A DNA stretch of 64,000 nt from a candidate division WOR-3 bacterium (GCA_039802865.1 JBDRXL010000003.1:15085-79084), one strand, 5' to 3'. Positions 52,758 to 63,120 are shown, counted from the stretch's first letter. The notes: a model not told the origin generated them from the letters alone. Made by a program: numbers and translations.

Positions 52758-52815
52758 AATTATTAAAAGTTTAAAGTTTAAAAAAATTTCCTACCTTTTT
52801 AGTCAAAAATTATGC

Positions 52816-52826
52816 TTTAAAATTTT
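52816..52826 (+). promoter_or_regulatory. TTTAAAATTTT element for suf unit
   Basis: GCTTTAAAATTTTCTAT-ATG. Confidence 0.7.
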
Positions 52827-52830
52827 CTAT

Positions 52831-53598
52831 ATGGCTGAGAAACTTATCATTAAAAACTTAAGAGTTTCCATAGAAGGAAAAGAGATTTTAAAGGGAATTT
52901 CCTTAGATGTTGAAAGAGGGAAAATTTGTGCGATTATGGGTCCAAATGGAAGTGGAAAATCTACACTTGCATACGCTATTATGGGACATCCAAAATATGA
53001 AATTATTGAAGGTGAAGTGATTTATAAAGATAAAAACATATTAGAGCTTTCTCCTGATGAAAGAGCAAAATTGGGAATATTTTTGGCGTTTCAACATCCA
53101 TATGAAATAGATGGGGTTAGACTTTCTACATTTTTGTGGCAAAGTTATGTTAAAAAATTTGAAAATTCAGATAAAAAACCAAATATAATGGAATTTAGAA
53201 AACAATTAAAAAATTCACTTTTAAGTATGGGAATGGATGAAAATATGATAGATAGATTTTTAAATGTTGGATTTTCAGGTGGTGAAAAAAAGAGAACAGA
53301 AATTGTTCAAATGTTAATTTTAAAACCAGAAATTGCAGTATTAGATGAGATTGATTCTGGTCTTGATATTGATGCTATTAGAATTGTTTCGGAAAATGTT
53401 AATAAGCTTGTAAGAGAGAATAATACGGGAATTTTGATAATTACACACTATCAAAGAATTTTAAATTATATTAAGCCTGATTATGTTTATGTTTTAGTTG
53501 ATGGTAAAATTGTAGATAGTGGGGATTATAGATTAGCAGAGGAGCTTGAAAGAGAAGGATATAGGAAGTATGGTATAGAAGAGGAGGTTAAGATATGA
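52831..53598 (+). CDS. sufC: Fe-S cluster assembly ATPase SufC
   Basis: MGPNGSGKSTL, GFSGGEKKR, LDEIDSGLDID, ITHYQR. Confidence 0.97.
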   Translation: MAEKLIIKNLRVSIEGKEILKGISLDVERGKICAIMGPNGSGKSTLAYAIMGHPKYEIIEGEVIYKDKNILELSPDERAKLGIFLAFQHPYEIDGVRLSTFLWQSYVKKFENSDKKPNIMEFRKQLKNSLLSMGMDENMIDRFLNVGFSGGEKKRTEIVQMLILKPEIAVLDEIDSGLDIDAIRIVSENVNKLVRENNTGILIITHYQRILNYIKPDYVYVLVDGKIVDSGDYRLAEELEREGYRKYGIEEEVKI

Positions 53599-54014
53599 AG
53601 GAGCTTATAGATGCTTTGAATGAAGATTTAGCATTTGAGTATAGTGCTATAATTCAATATATTACTTATTCTGCTATTGTTAAAGGAATAAGTAGATTAG
53701 AATTAGGTGAATTTTTCTTAAAAGAAATTAATGATGAGCTTGAGCATGCAAAGTATCTATCTAATAAAATTTCTGCCCTTGGTGGCACACCAATAATAGA
53801 ACCAAAAACTTTTAAAATTACAGAGAATGTAAAGGAAATGTTAGAAGAGCTTTTAAAAGCAGAAGAAGAAACAATTGAAAGATATAAAAGACATTCACAG
53901 CTTGCTGAAAAATTAGGATATATTGATATAAAAGTTCAACTTGAAAATATCATTTTAGATGAAGCAAAACATAGAGATGAAATAAAGAAAATTTTACATA
54001 ACATAGGAGGGTAA
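53595..54014 (+). CDS. ferritin-like/bacterioferritin-family protein
   Basis: EYSAIIQY, DELEHA, EEETIERY, DEAKH di-iron ligands; SD GAGGAGG. Confidence 0.88.
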   Translation: MKELIDALNEDLAFEYSAIIQYITYSAIVKGISRLELGEFFLKEINDELEHAKYLSNKISALGGTPIIEPKTFKITENVKEMLEELLKAEEETIERYKRHSQLAEKLGYIDIKVQLENIILDEAKHRDEIKKILHNIGG

Positions 54015-54017
54015 GCT

Positions 54018-55484
54018 ATGGAAAGAACAAGAATAGAGGAGGAAATTTTAGAGATAGTGCCAGAAAAGAAAAAGACAATAAAAGAAGAAGAATTTAATTT
54101 AGATATTGATTATAAGAAGTATGGTTTTAGGGATGAAGATGCAGTTTATGAATTTATCAGTGGCCCTGGAATTAACCCTGAGAAAATAATTTTAATCTCA
54201 AAGTTAAAAAATGAACCTGAATGGATGACAGAAATTAGGCTAAAAGCATATGAGATATTTTTAAAATTACATATTCCAAATTGGGGAGTTAAATTGGATG
54301 ATATTAACTTTGATGAAGTTGTATATTATGTAAGACCTACAAGTAAGGTTGCAAAGAGTTGGGATGAAGTTCCGGAATATATAAGAAGGACATATGAAAA
54401 ACTTGGAATACCAGAGGCGGAAAGGAAATATCTTGGTGGAGTTGAGGCTCAGTATGATTCCCAAGTAGTTTATTCAAGTATAAAGAAGGAATTGGAAGAG
54501 AAAGGGGTTATATTTACATCTATGGATGAAGCGGTAAGGAAATATCCAGATATTGTAAAAGAATATTTTGGAACTGTTGTGCCGGCAAGTGATAATAAAT
54601 TTGCTGCACTTAATACCGCTGTTTGGGCTGGCGGTTCATTTGTATATGTTCCAAAGGGTGTGAAAGTAGATATTCCATTACAAGCATATTTTAGAATAAA
54701 TTATGAAAGATCTGGGCAATTTGAAAGAACTTTGATTATTGCAGAAGAAGGCGCTTATGTTCACTATATCGAGGGGTGTACCGCTCCCATATATGATACT
54801 CATAATTTACACGCAGCAGTTGTTGAAGTTATAGTGAAAGAAAATGCCCATGTAAGATATACTACTATTCAAAATTGGTCAAGAAATGTATTAAATTTAG
54901 TTACAAAGAGAGCAAAAGTTTATAAGAATGGTTTTATGGAATGGATTTCTGGTGAGCTTGGAAGTGGTAGAAATATGAAATATCCAAGTGCTATATTGAT
55001 TGGTGAAAATGCAAGGGCGGATATATTATCTATGAGTTTTGCAAATACTGGAATGTGGCATGATACGGGAGGAAAGGTTATTATTATGGCTCCAAATTGT
55101 AAAGCAACTATTACTTCTAAAAGTATATCAAAGGGTGGAGGAATATCTACTTATAGGGGACTTGTTCAAGTTCATAAAAATGCAGAAAATGCAAAAATTT
55201 CAGTTTCTTGTGATGCTCTTATAATGGATGATTATTCTACAAGCAATACTTATCCATATATAGAAATTGAAGCAGATAGAGTTAATATCGCTCATGAAGC
55301 AAAGGTTGGAAAAATTGGTGAAGAGCAAGTATTTTATCTTATGAGTAGAGGGCTTTCTGAGAAAGAAGCAGTAACTATGATTGTAATGGGATTTATAGAA
55401 CCACTTTCAAAGGAATTACCTATGGAATATGCTATTGAATTAAATAGACTTATTGAATTGGAGATGGAGGGTAGTGTAGGGTAG
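54018..55484 (+). CDS. sufB: Fe-S cluster assembly protein SufB
   Basis: LGIPEAE, GQFERTLII, EGCTAP, FYLMSRG, EMEGSVG. Confidence 0.97.
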   Translation: MERTRIEEEILEIVPEKKKTIKEEEFNLDIDYKKYGFRDEDAVYEFISGPGINPEKIILISKLKNEPEWMTEIRLKAYEIFLKLHIPNWGVKLDDINFDEVVYYVRPTSKVAKSWDEVPEYIRRTYEKLGIPEAERKYLGGVEAQYDSQVVYSSIKKELEEKGVIFTSMDEAVRKYPDIVKEYFGTVVPASDNKFAALNTAVWAGGSFVYVPKGVKVDIPLQAYFRINYERSGQFERTLIIAEEGAYVHYIEGCTAPIYDTHNLHAAVVEVIVKENAHVRYTTIQNWSRNVLNLVTKRAKVYKNGFMEWISGELGSGRNMKYPSAILIGENARADILSMSFANTGMWHDTGGKVIIMAPNCKATITSKSISKGGGISTYRGLVQVHKNAENAKISVSCDALIMDDYSTSNTYPYIEIEADRVNIAHEAKVGKIGEEQVFYLMSRGLSEKEAVTMIVMGFIEPLSKELPMEYAIELNRLIELEMEGSVG

Positions 55485-55489
55485 TTATC

Positions 55490-56360
55490 ATTACTCAATC
55501 CTATCCATAAATTTCAGGTGTTTTTAATCTTATTTAGTCTTTTTCTTAAACTTTAACGTAAGTAAGCTGATATTCTTTCAAGACTTACCACATTATTTTT
55601 GGGAATAAAATTAGATATTCCTCCAATTATCCATATTTTTTTCATCAATTACAGTGCAAGCTAAATAATCATTTTCTTCTGTAATGTTTCCAACTAGATG
55701 CCAATTTTTTTCATCACTTGAATATCAAACATCATTTGATTCATAAGGACCACCTTACCGCTTACTATCCAGATTTTATTATTGAAAACAAATGAATTAT
55801 GATTCATACAAGATAAAAATTCTGGCTCATTCGTAATCAATTTTTAGCGTCATCTGTTACAAGTTTCCAATTTAATTTTTTCCGAACCCATCATATCCGC
55901 CAATAAACAATAATTTATTCTTAAAAACTATAACTTGGAGAAAACTGAGCATTTTTTGTGGCTAAAACAAATTTATTATTCTTTAAATACCAAATATCAT
56001 TATCTTGGAGAAAATAAGTTATCTGTTTCAGATGTAAACAAGTTGTCCTTCTCTTGGAAGAAATGGAGGTCTTTTTGTGGCTAATTTCCAATTTATACCA
56101 TACATCATTAAGGTTTAATAAGCCAATTACTCATATTTTATTTTCAAACACTACGAAAATCCATTTTTTGAGCACTACTTATTTTATCGTTAAAAGCTAT
56201 TGCTTTATGGAAACCAAGGAGAAAATTTCGCATTTTCAATAACCAAATTCCAATTTTTTCCATCTTCTGAATAACACATATCATCAAATCGTTCCACATA
56301 ATAATTAACCTTACTTAAACCTCCAAAGTAACTTCTTGAAGGAAATTCTTTAACTTCATT
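55490..56360 (-). pseudogene. heavily decayed Kelch-like repeat (beta-propeller) protein
   Basis: Minus-strand fragments in several frames: YSEDGKNWNLVIENAKFSP, NWKLATKRPPFLPREG, KLLFIGGYDG, FNNKIWIVSG, NDV*YSSDEKNW, KIWIIGG; boundaries approximate. Confidence 0.7.
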
Positions 56361-56367
56361 ATAAACA

Positions 56368-57345
56368 TTACAATATCCCTTCTCTTAGAATATCATGTAA
56401 GTGTATTATTCCAATAAGTTTGTTTTGTTCATCCAAAACTAACAAAACTGTAATTTTATATTTTTCCATTAAATTTAAAGCATCTCCAACGGTTTCATTA
56501 TATTTAATTGTTTTTGGATTTCTTGTCATAGCACTAATAACAGTGCCATTATTTAAATCATTTCCCTTTTCAATATATCTTCTTAAATCCCCATCTGTTA
56601 TAATTCCTACTAAATTTCCATTTCTATCAAGAACCGCTACCGCTCCAAATCCCTTACTTGTAATTTCAATTATTGCATCTTTAATACTCATATCTTCATA
56701 TACAATCGGCACCTTATTTCCAGTATGCATAATTTCATAAACTCTTTTAAGTCTCTTTCCAATTAATCCACCTGGATGTAGTTTTGCAAATTGCTCCTTT
56801 GTAAATCCTTTTAATTCCATTAAAGTTATAGCAATAGCATCACCAAGCACAAGAGTTGCAGTTGTTGAAGATGTTGGAGCAAGATTAAGGGGGCATGCTT
56901 CTCTAATAATTTTTATATCAATTATAACATCACTTTTTTGAGCTAATGTAGAATTTTTATTTCCTGTTATACAAATTATTGGTATGTTTAAAAATTTTAA
57001 ATATGGAATGATGTTTATGATTTCTTCTGTTTCACCACTATTTGATATAATAACTGCTACATCATTTTTATCTATCATTCCTAAATCTCCATGAATTGCT
57101 TCTGCAGGATGTAAGAAAATTGAGGGTGTTCCTGTGCTTGATAGAGTAGAGGATATTTTTCTAGCTATAATTCCAGATTTTCCAATTCCAATAAGAACAA
57201 CTTTCCCTTTGCAATTAGCTAAAATCTCAATTGCTTTTACAAATGAGCTATTTAAACTTTTTTTTAACTCAAATAAACTTTCAATTTCTATGTCTATGGT
57301 TCTTCTTGCAATTTCTAAAATTTTTTCTTCATTCAATAACTTCAT
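56368..57345 (-). CDS. kdsD: arabinose-5-phosphate isomerase (KpsF/GutQ family)
   Basis: GIGKSG, HPAEAIHGDLG, APTSST, HPGG, two CBS domains. Confidence 0.95.
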   Translation of the reverse strand: MKLLNEEKILEIARRTIDIEIESLFELKKSLNSSFVKAIEILANCKGKVVLIGIGKSGIIARKISSTLSSTGTPSIFLHPAEAIHGDLGMIDKNDVAVIISNSGETEEIINIIPYLKFLNIPIICITGNKNSTLAQKSDVIIDIKIIREACPLNLAPTSSTTATLVLGDAIAITLMELKGFTKEQFAKLHPGGLIGKRLKRVYEIMHTGNKVPIVYEDMSIKDAIIEITSKGFGAVAVLDRNGNLVGIITDGDLRRYIEKGNDLNNGTVISAMTRNPKTIKYNETVGDALNLMEKYKITVLLVLDEQNKLIGIIHLHDILREGIL

Positions 57346-58633
57346 ATATAAGGGGTGGTGGTTGTGGTTTTCTTTTTACAATTCTATAACTCATTTCTAA
57401 CATCTCTACTACTTCATTCATCTTTTGCTCACTATTTGCCCTTATTTCAAATATCACATCTCCTTCATCAACCTTATCTCCAACTTTTTTATAAACAATT
57501 ATTCCCACTTTATGGTCTATTACATCATCAATTTTACTCCTTCCCGCCCCCAATATTTGGGCAGCTAAACCAATTGTATATGTATCAAATTGAGATATAA
57601 ATCCTGATGCATTTGATCTTATTTGATAAACATATTTTGTTCTTGTAAATTCATCTGAAAGGATATAATTCCAATCACCTCCATGAGCTTCTATCATTTG
57701 TCTTAATCTTCTTAATCCTTCACCATTATATAAGTTTTCTTTTAGTTTTTTATAACCTTCCTCAACTGAATTTACAACATTCACCGCATATAACATATAT
57801 GCTCCAAGCTTTAATGTTAATTCGGTAACATCGTCTGGTCCTCTTCCTTTTAATGTATCAACTGCTTCTTTTACTTCAAGAGCATTTCCAACAGCCATTC
57901 CAAGTGGTTGGTCCATATTTGTAATAAGAGCTATTACTTTTTTATTCATTCTTTTGCCTATTTCTACCATTAATGTAGCAAGTTCTTTGGCATCTTTTTG
58001 TTTTTGCATAAATGCTCCTGAACCTGTTTTTACATCGAGTATAATAGCATCTACACCTTCTGCTAATTTTTTACTCATTATGCTTGAAGCTATTAAAGGA
58101 ATACTTTCAACAGTAGCGGTTGCATCTCTTAATGCATAAAATTTTTTATCTGCTGGAACTAAATTCTCAGTTTGTCCTATTATTGAACACCCAACCTTTT
58201 TAACAATATCTTTAAACTCTTCAATTGTTAAATTTGTTTTATAACCCTTAATAGATTCAAGTTTATCAAGTGTGCCTCCTGTATGTCCAAGTGCTCTTCC
58301 AGAAATCATAGGAACCGCAACTAGATTTGTAGATGCTACAAGTGGAGCTAATATAAGTGATATTTTATCTCCTACCCCTCCTGTTGAATGCTTATCTACT
58401 GTTGGTTTTTTTAGGAATTTCCAATCTAATATTTCCCCACTTTTCATCATAAATTCTGTAAGGAATTTTGTTTCATCAATATCCATTCCTGAAAAATATA
58501 TTGCCATAAGGAGAGCGGATAGTTGATAATCTGGTATTTCACCAGATATAGCATTCTTTACAATAAACTCTATTTCCTTCCTTCCAAGCTTTTCTCCATT
58601 CCTCTTCTTTCTTATTATATCAACCGCTCTCAT
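57329..58633 (-). CDS. pdp: pyrimidine-nucleoside/thymidine phosphorylase
   Basis: DKHSTGGVGDK, SGRALGHTGGTLDKLE, SIMSKK, DVKTGSGAF. Confidence 0.95.
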   Translation of the reverse strand: MRAVDIIRKKRNGEKLGRKEIEFIVKNAISGEIPDYQLSALLMAIYFSGMDIDETKFLTEFMMKSGEILDWKFLKKPTVDKHSTGGVGDKISLILAPLVASTNLVAVPMISGRALGHTGGTLDKLESIKGYKTNLTIEEFKDIVKKVGCSIIGQTENLVPADKKFYALRDATATVESIPLIASSIMSKKLAEGVDAIILDVKTGSGAFMQKQKDAKELATLMVEIGKRMNKKVIALITNMDQPLGMAVGNALEVKEAVDTLKGRGPDDVTELTLKLGAYMLYAVNVVNSVEEGYKKLKENLYNGEGLRRLRQMIEAHGGDWNYILSDEFTRTKYVYQIRSNASGFISQFDTYTIGLAAQILGAGRSKIDDVIDHKVGIIVYKKVGDKVDEGDVIFEIRANSEQKMNEVVEMLEMSYRIVKRKPQPPPLIYEVIE

Positions 58634-58958
58634 GTTGCTTTATTTTTATTTGAACACCAAGCGACATCCTTATAATTTCACTAACTTGTTCTTCAACAGA
58701 TACCTTATGCTTAGGGTCAAAACTTAATAAAAAGAATAAAGGATTTGTGCTTTCATAAACAATAAGTTTAGTTCTATGGTCAAATAATTTTTCATAATCA
58801 TCTTCAATTATAACTAAGCCATATGTTTTTTCTTCATAAAGTTTTTTAATTATTTTTCTTATTTCTGTTGGTTCTTGGGGTGTTATATAATCAACTCCTA
58901 CTAAGGAGAATCCACTTTTGTATTCACTTGGTCCAATTACTAAAACTTTTTGTTTCAA
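58620..58958 (-). CDS. V/A-type ATP synthase subunit F
   Basis: KVLVIG....SGFSLVGV, YGLVII, NP, IRMSLGV; element at 58965-58975. Confidence 0.8.
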   Translation of the reverse strand: MKQKVLVIGPSEYKSGFSLVGVDYITPQEPTEIRKIIKKLYEEKTYGLVIIEDDYEKLFDHRTKLIVYESTNPLFFLLSFDPKHKVSVEEQVSEIIRMSLGVQIKIKQHESG

Positions 58959-58970
58959 AGTTCCAAAATT

Positions 58971-60029
58971 TTAAAGCCTGGAAATTTTTGAAAGCTGATA
59001 TAAGATTCCAAGTAAGAAAGAATTAACAATAAAGGAAGAACCTCCAAAACTAATAAAAGGCATAGGTATTCCAGTTGGTGGAAAAAGACCTACAACAACA
59101 GAGATATGTCCGAGTGTATAAATTGCTATATTTATTGAAATAGCAAAAGCCAATGTTGAAAATTCAATATTATTTTTATATAATTTTAGTGCTATTAAAA
59201 TTCCCCTAAATACAAGAAATAAAATTAAAATACTTACAAAAACTGCAAATATAAATCCCATTTCTTCTCCAATTATAGAGAATATAAAATCTGTATGAGC
59301 ATCAGGAAGATATAAGAATTTTGCTTTCCCTTCCCCAATACCAACCCCGAGTAATCCTCCATGAGCTAAACCTACTTTTGATTGTAAAACCTGGTAAGCT
59401 TCTGTAGATGAAAATCGTTTAATAGCATGGGGGAAGGAAAAAATTCCTAAAATTCCAAATGATAAAAGAATTATTGAACTTGTTAATATTGAAATAAAGT
59501 GAGAACCAACATAAAATGCACTAATTAAAAAAATTAATGAAATCATACCTGCTGTTGATAAATTTGGCTCAATCGCTATTAAGAAAACACCAAATAGTAT
59601 AACAAAAAACATCAATAAATAACTCTTAAATTCTAAAAGGTATCTTGAAAAAAAAGAAACTAAAAGAATTGTTGAAAGTCTAAAAATATCAGAGACCTGA
59701 ATGTTTATAATAAATAAGTTTAACCATCTTTTAGCGCCTCTAATTTCAGGAGCGATAGGTGATGGAAGTATTAAAACAAGAATTAATAACAATATAGAAA
59801 TAGCAAATAAATAAAGTGTATATTTTTTTAGCTCATTTAAGTTAATAAAATATCCAAGTATAAAGAAAAAAATCCCAATTAAAACTTTGCTAATGTGAAT
59901 TAACATATAATAAAAATCAGGTCTATTACTAACATATGCAAGATAAGAGCTTGAAGTATAAACAATAATTGTGCTAATTGTAATTAAAACTAAGTAAATA
60001 AAAAGGATATAAATATCGTTTCTAATCAT
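58971..60029 (-). CDS. ftsW: SEDS family peptidoglycan polymerase FtsW
   Basis: GAKRW, EPN, YLPDAHTDFIFSIIGEE, PTGIPMPFISFGGSS. Confidence 0.88.
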   Translation of the reverse strand: MIRNDIYILFIYLVLITISTIIVYTSSSYLAYVSNRPDFYYMLIHISKVLIGIFFFILGYFINLNELKKYTLYLFAISILLLILVLILPSPIAPEIRGAKRWLNLFIINIQVSDIFRLSTILLVSFFSRYLLEFKSYLLMFFVILFGVFLIAIEPNLSTAGMISLIFLISAFYVGSHFISILTSSIILLSFGILGIFSFPHAIKRFSSTEAYQVLQSKVGLAHGGLLGVGIGEGKAKFLYLPDAHTDFIFSIIGEEMGFIFAVFVSILILFLVFRGILIALKLYKNNIEFSTLAFAISINIAIYTLGHISVVVGLFPPTGIPMPFISFGGSSFIVNSFLLGILYQLSKISRL

Positions 60030-60804
60030 AGTTTTTCAGAATTTCTAAAAGCTCCTCAAAGTTATTTATTACATATTGAACAGAATTTTTAACAGCTTTA
60101 TGTGATTTTACAGGAGCTATGGATATATTTGATATTTTAAACATTTCCAAATCATTTATATAATCTCCTATGCTTACAATAAAGTTATAATTAAGAGTAT
60201 TTTTTATGACTTTTAATGCCTCTCCTTTATTTACATATTTATTTGAAATATCCATTACATAAAGTCCCTTCTTCTTACCACTTGGATATATATAATATCC
60301 AGAATTTCTAAAATTCTTTAAAAACATTTCAACTTCTTTTAAAACTTCAAAGTTATAACTTGCCAATACAATTTTATAAATGTTAAAGTTTGAAATTTCA
60401 TCTAAGTAAATTTTCTGATTAATGCGCCAGTGTTTTAGTGTAATTCCAAGTGAAAGCATATTTACATTTAAAATTGTTTTTTCTTTATAAAATATATTTA
60501 TAGCGCAATTTTTAAATTTCTTAATAAAATTTAAAATTTCAAAAACTTCTCTTTTTTCAATATAACTACTAAAATATTCTTTTCCATTTGTATCACAAAC
60601 AAGAGCTCCATCAAAACATATAAAAGGAACTTCTATATTTAATAATTTTGCAAAATAAAGAGCACTCAAATATGACCTTCCTGTTGCTATTGTAATATCA
60701 AATTTTTCTCTAAGTTGTTCAATTGCTTTTAATTTTTCATTATCTATTCTATCTTTCTTATCAATTAGCGTTCCATCTAAATCCAAAATTAAGAGCCTTT
60801 TCAA
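60022..60804 (-). CDS. Cof-type HAD-IIB hydrolase
   Basis: DLDGTL, ATGR, NKG, GDYINDLEM. Confidence 0.92.
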   Translation of the reverse strand: MKRLLILDLDGTLIDKKDRIDNEKLKAIEQLREKFDITIATGRSYLSALYFAKLLNIEVPFICFDGALVCDTNGKEYFSSYIEKREVFEILNFIKKFKNCAINIFYKEKTILNVNMLSLGITLKHWRINQKIYLDEISNFNIYKIVLASYNFEVLKEVEMFLKNFRNSGYYIYPSGKKKGLYVMDISNKYVNKGEALKVIKNTLNYNFIVSIGDYINDLEMFKISNISIAPVKSHKAVKNSVQYVINNFEELLEILKNYD

Positions 60805-62627
60805 AATGTATAGTCCAGTTGAAATTTTATATTTCTTGAAGGTAAAGGCATTGAGTTTGGATCTAAGCTCCTATATGCTACAACATTATTTATATTATTA
60901 CCTATGATTGAAAATTTTAAATTCTCATTATATAAAAAGCTTATACCAACATTTAACATTAAATAAGATGGTCTCTCTGCTTCAATAGGACTAACTTCCT
61001 CACCTTTTTTTGCAAAACTATAAATTGAATTTATATCTAATAAAAATTTTCTAAATTTATAATTTATTCCAAGAAATATCCTTGAAGGTGGAATATCCGA
61101 AAGCTCTATTTCCTTTCCTTCTAATTCACCCTTTCCTTCCATAAATGCATAATTTAATGTAAATAATAAATTATTTAATTTATATCTTGTTCCTAAGCTA
61201 ATACCAAAAACATTTGAAATACCATTTAGGTTTTTATATGTAAATATGGTATCTCCACTTGAAGTTAATGTATCTTCTTTTGTCATTTCTATAAAATCCC
61301 ATATAGCACTATAAAATCCTCCGATTTCAAAACTTAAAAATTCCTTATTGACTCCAATTATAATCTCATTATTTAAAGCTTTTTCTGGAGATAATTTCTC
61401 ATTACCTATTACAAATCCCCTTGTTCTTAAAACGTAACTTTTTGTTTCTACAAGCTCAGGAAATCTATATGCAAATTGAATATTTCCCCTTGTATAAAGA
61501 TAATTGTTAATTTTATAGTTTAATCCAATATGTCCAGATGGTGAAAAATTAAAATTGTTTTCTTGATTGTAAATTCCAATTCTTAATGCATAAGATAATA
61601 ATAATTTATTAAGTTTATTTGAATAAAAAGCGGTTATTCCAAAATTATTATATCCTGCATTTTTTAGCTCATCATATTGAAATACAGAGTTTTTGTAAAT
61701 TTTTGAATTTACATTTATCCTTCCAAAGTAATCAAATATTAGAAATTTATAATTATAGGTAAGTCCTAAGTCATAACCATTATAGACCGCATCACTTGTA
61801 TCAGTTTTTATAGTCCTACTTATAAAATTATAATAGTGAAAACCAAATGTCAAGTTTTCAGAAGTGGTAATAAAATAAATTTGTTCATCTTTTGGATATA
61901 GTCTAATTGCAGAACTAAACATTGCCCTATATAAATCAATTATTCTAAAATACCCAAGCTTAAATTCATAATTTTTATACTTATAAGCACTTAAAACATT
62001 AAATTTTTTAAAACTTGAATTATTTGATCTTATAAATGAGTTAGTCCATAATTTTTCTTTTAATGAAGTATCTGGATAAAAGTAATTTTCTGAGCTATTA
62101 AATCCACCTGCTATATAAAAATTATTAATAGGTTTTAATCCAGCAAATACTTTATAATTATTTCCATTTGTTCCATAACTTATATCAATTTCATTTTTTG
62201 AATTTACTCCTCTTAAATAATAAATTACACTACCACCAATTGCTCCAGAACCAAATGATGAAGCTCCTGAACCTTCAAGAACCTCTATGCCTTCAAACAT
62301 ATCAGATATTGAAAAATAAGCAGATGGTCCAATTTCTCTATCTGTTGCTATTCTATAACCATCTAAAAGGGCAATTGTTCTATATCTTGAAAATCCCCTT
62401 ATTGCAGGAACAGCACCATGGGCATCTTTCCCTTCAAAAGCAATTGTTGGAATTTTTATAAGCTTTTCTTCTATTTTATCAAAACTACTTATTAGATTTT
62501 GAAATTCATTCTCAGATATATAGTAAGAGGTTTTCGTATTTTCAACTTTCTTATAGTATTTAGCTTTTACTTCAACTTCGGGCAAAGTATAAGTAGTATC
62601 TGAATTTAAAAATAATAAGCTAATCAT
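60801..62627 (-). CDS. TonB-dependent receptor
   Basis: LPEVEV TonB-box-like, IRGF, IEVLEG..ASSFGSGAIGG plug, NEKLSPEK, C-terminal RNIKFQLDYTF. Confidence 0.92.
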   Translation of the reverse strand: MISLLFLNSDTTYTLPEVEVKAKYYKKVENTKTSYYISENEFQNLISSFDKIEEKLIKIPTIAFEGKDAHGAVPAIRGFSRYRTIALLDGYRIATDREIGPSAYFSISDMFEGIEVLEGSGASSFGSGAIGGSVIYYLRGVNSKNEIDISYGTNGNNYKVFAGLKPINNFYIAGGFNSSENYFYPDTSLKEKLWTNSFIRSNNSSFKKFNVLSAYKYKNYEFKLGYFRIIDLYRAMFSSAIRLYPKDEQIYFITTSENLTFGFHYYNFISRTIKTDTSDAVYNGYDLGLTYNYKFLIFDYFGRINVNSKIYKNSVFQYDELKNAGYNNFGITAFYSNKLNKLLLSYALRIGIYNQENNFNFSPSGHIGLNYKINNYLYTRGNIQFAYRFPELVETKSYVLRTRGFVIGNEKLSPEKALNNEIIIGVNKEFLSFEIGGFYSAIWDFIEMTKEDTLTSSGDTIFTYKNLNGISNVFGISLGTRYKLNNLLFTLNYAFMEGKGELEGKEIELSDIPPSRIFLGINYKFRKFLLDINSIYSFAKKGEEVSPIEAERPSYLMLNVGISFLYNENLKFSIIGNNINNVVAYRSLDPNSMPLPSRNIKFQLDYTF

Positions 62628-62632
62628 AATTG

Positions 62633-62691
62633 AAAATTTTAAAGTTATAAATAGTTGCCCTTGAAAGTTAAATAAATAAGCTTTAAAATTT
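62633..62691. promoter_or_regulatory. divergent elements for the TonB receptor (62633-62643) and the S74 gene (62682-62691)
   Basis: The plus-strand copy is followed by a 27-nt leader containing AGGAGG. Confidence 0.65.
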
Positions 62692-62718
62692 GGAACTTTA
62701 CCAGAAGGAGGTTAAATT

Positions 62719-63120
62719 ATGGCAGAAAGGAAGGAGAGAGTTCAAAGCATAGAGGAAAAGGTAAGGGAGATAAAACAAAGAGGAAATCTGAACTATGAAA
62801 GCCCTCGTGTAAATAGATATAGCTCAAGGTCTAGAGATATCATAGCTGGAACACTTTCTGATATTAGATTGAAATCTAATTTAGAATATGTTGAAAATGC
62901 TCTTGGCATACTTATGGCACTAAATGTTTATAAATATAACTGGAAGGGAACAGAGATTACTGATATAGGATTATTAGCGCAAGAAGTTGAAAAGGTTTAT
63001 CCAGAAGCTGTGAAGGTTTTAGAAAATGGTGTTAAAACAATTGATTATAATAAATTAATGGTTTTGGTTATAAAGGCTATCCAAGAAATTAAAAAGGAGA
63101 TAGATAACTTAAAAGGTTGA
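62719..63120 (+). CDS. peptidase S74 (intramolecular chaperone, autocleaving) protein with short N-terminal peptide
   Basis: SDIRLK, YKYNWK, IGLLAQEVEKVYPEAV, IDYNKL, C-terminal coiled coil. Confidence 0.88.
   Translation: MAERKERVQSIEEKVREIKQRGNLNYESPRVNRYSSRSRDIIAGTLSDIRLKSNLEYVENALGILMALNVYKYNWKGTEITDIGLLAQEVEKVYPEAVKVLENGVKTIDYNKLMVLVIKAIQEIKKEIDNLKG

Noticed and set aside
55763-55795. Plus-strand YYPDFIIE, resembling a PD-(D/E)xK restriction nuclease motif
   Set aside because: It is the reverse complement of the Kelch-like FNNKIWIVS fragment, and there is no supporting ORF
56054-56242. 62-aa plus-strand ORF
   Set aside because: Antisense to the Kelch-like pseudogene fragments
62719-63120. 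Prophage tail-fibre remnant
   Set aside because: There are no phage genes nearby, and the gene has native expression signals and is coupled to a trmH-family gene. A truncated origin is not fully excluded
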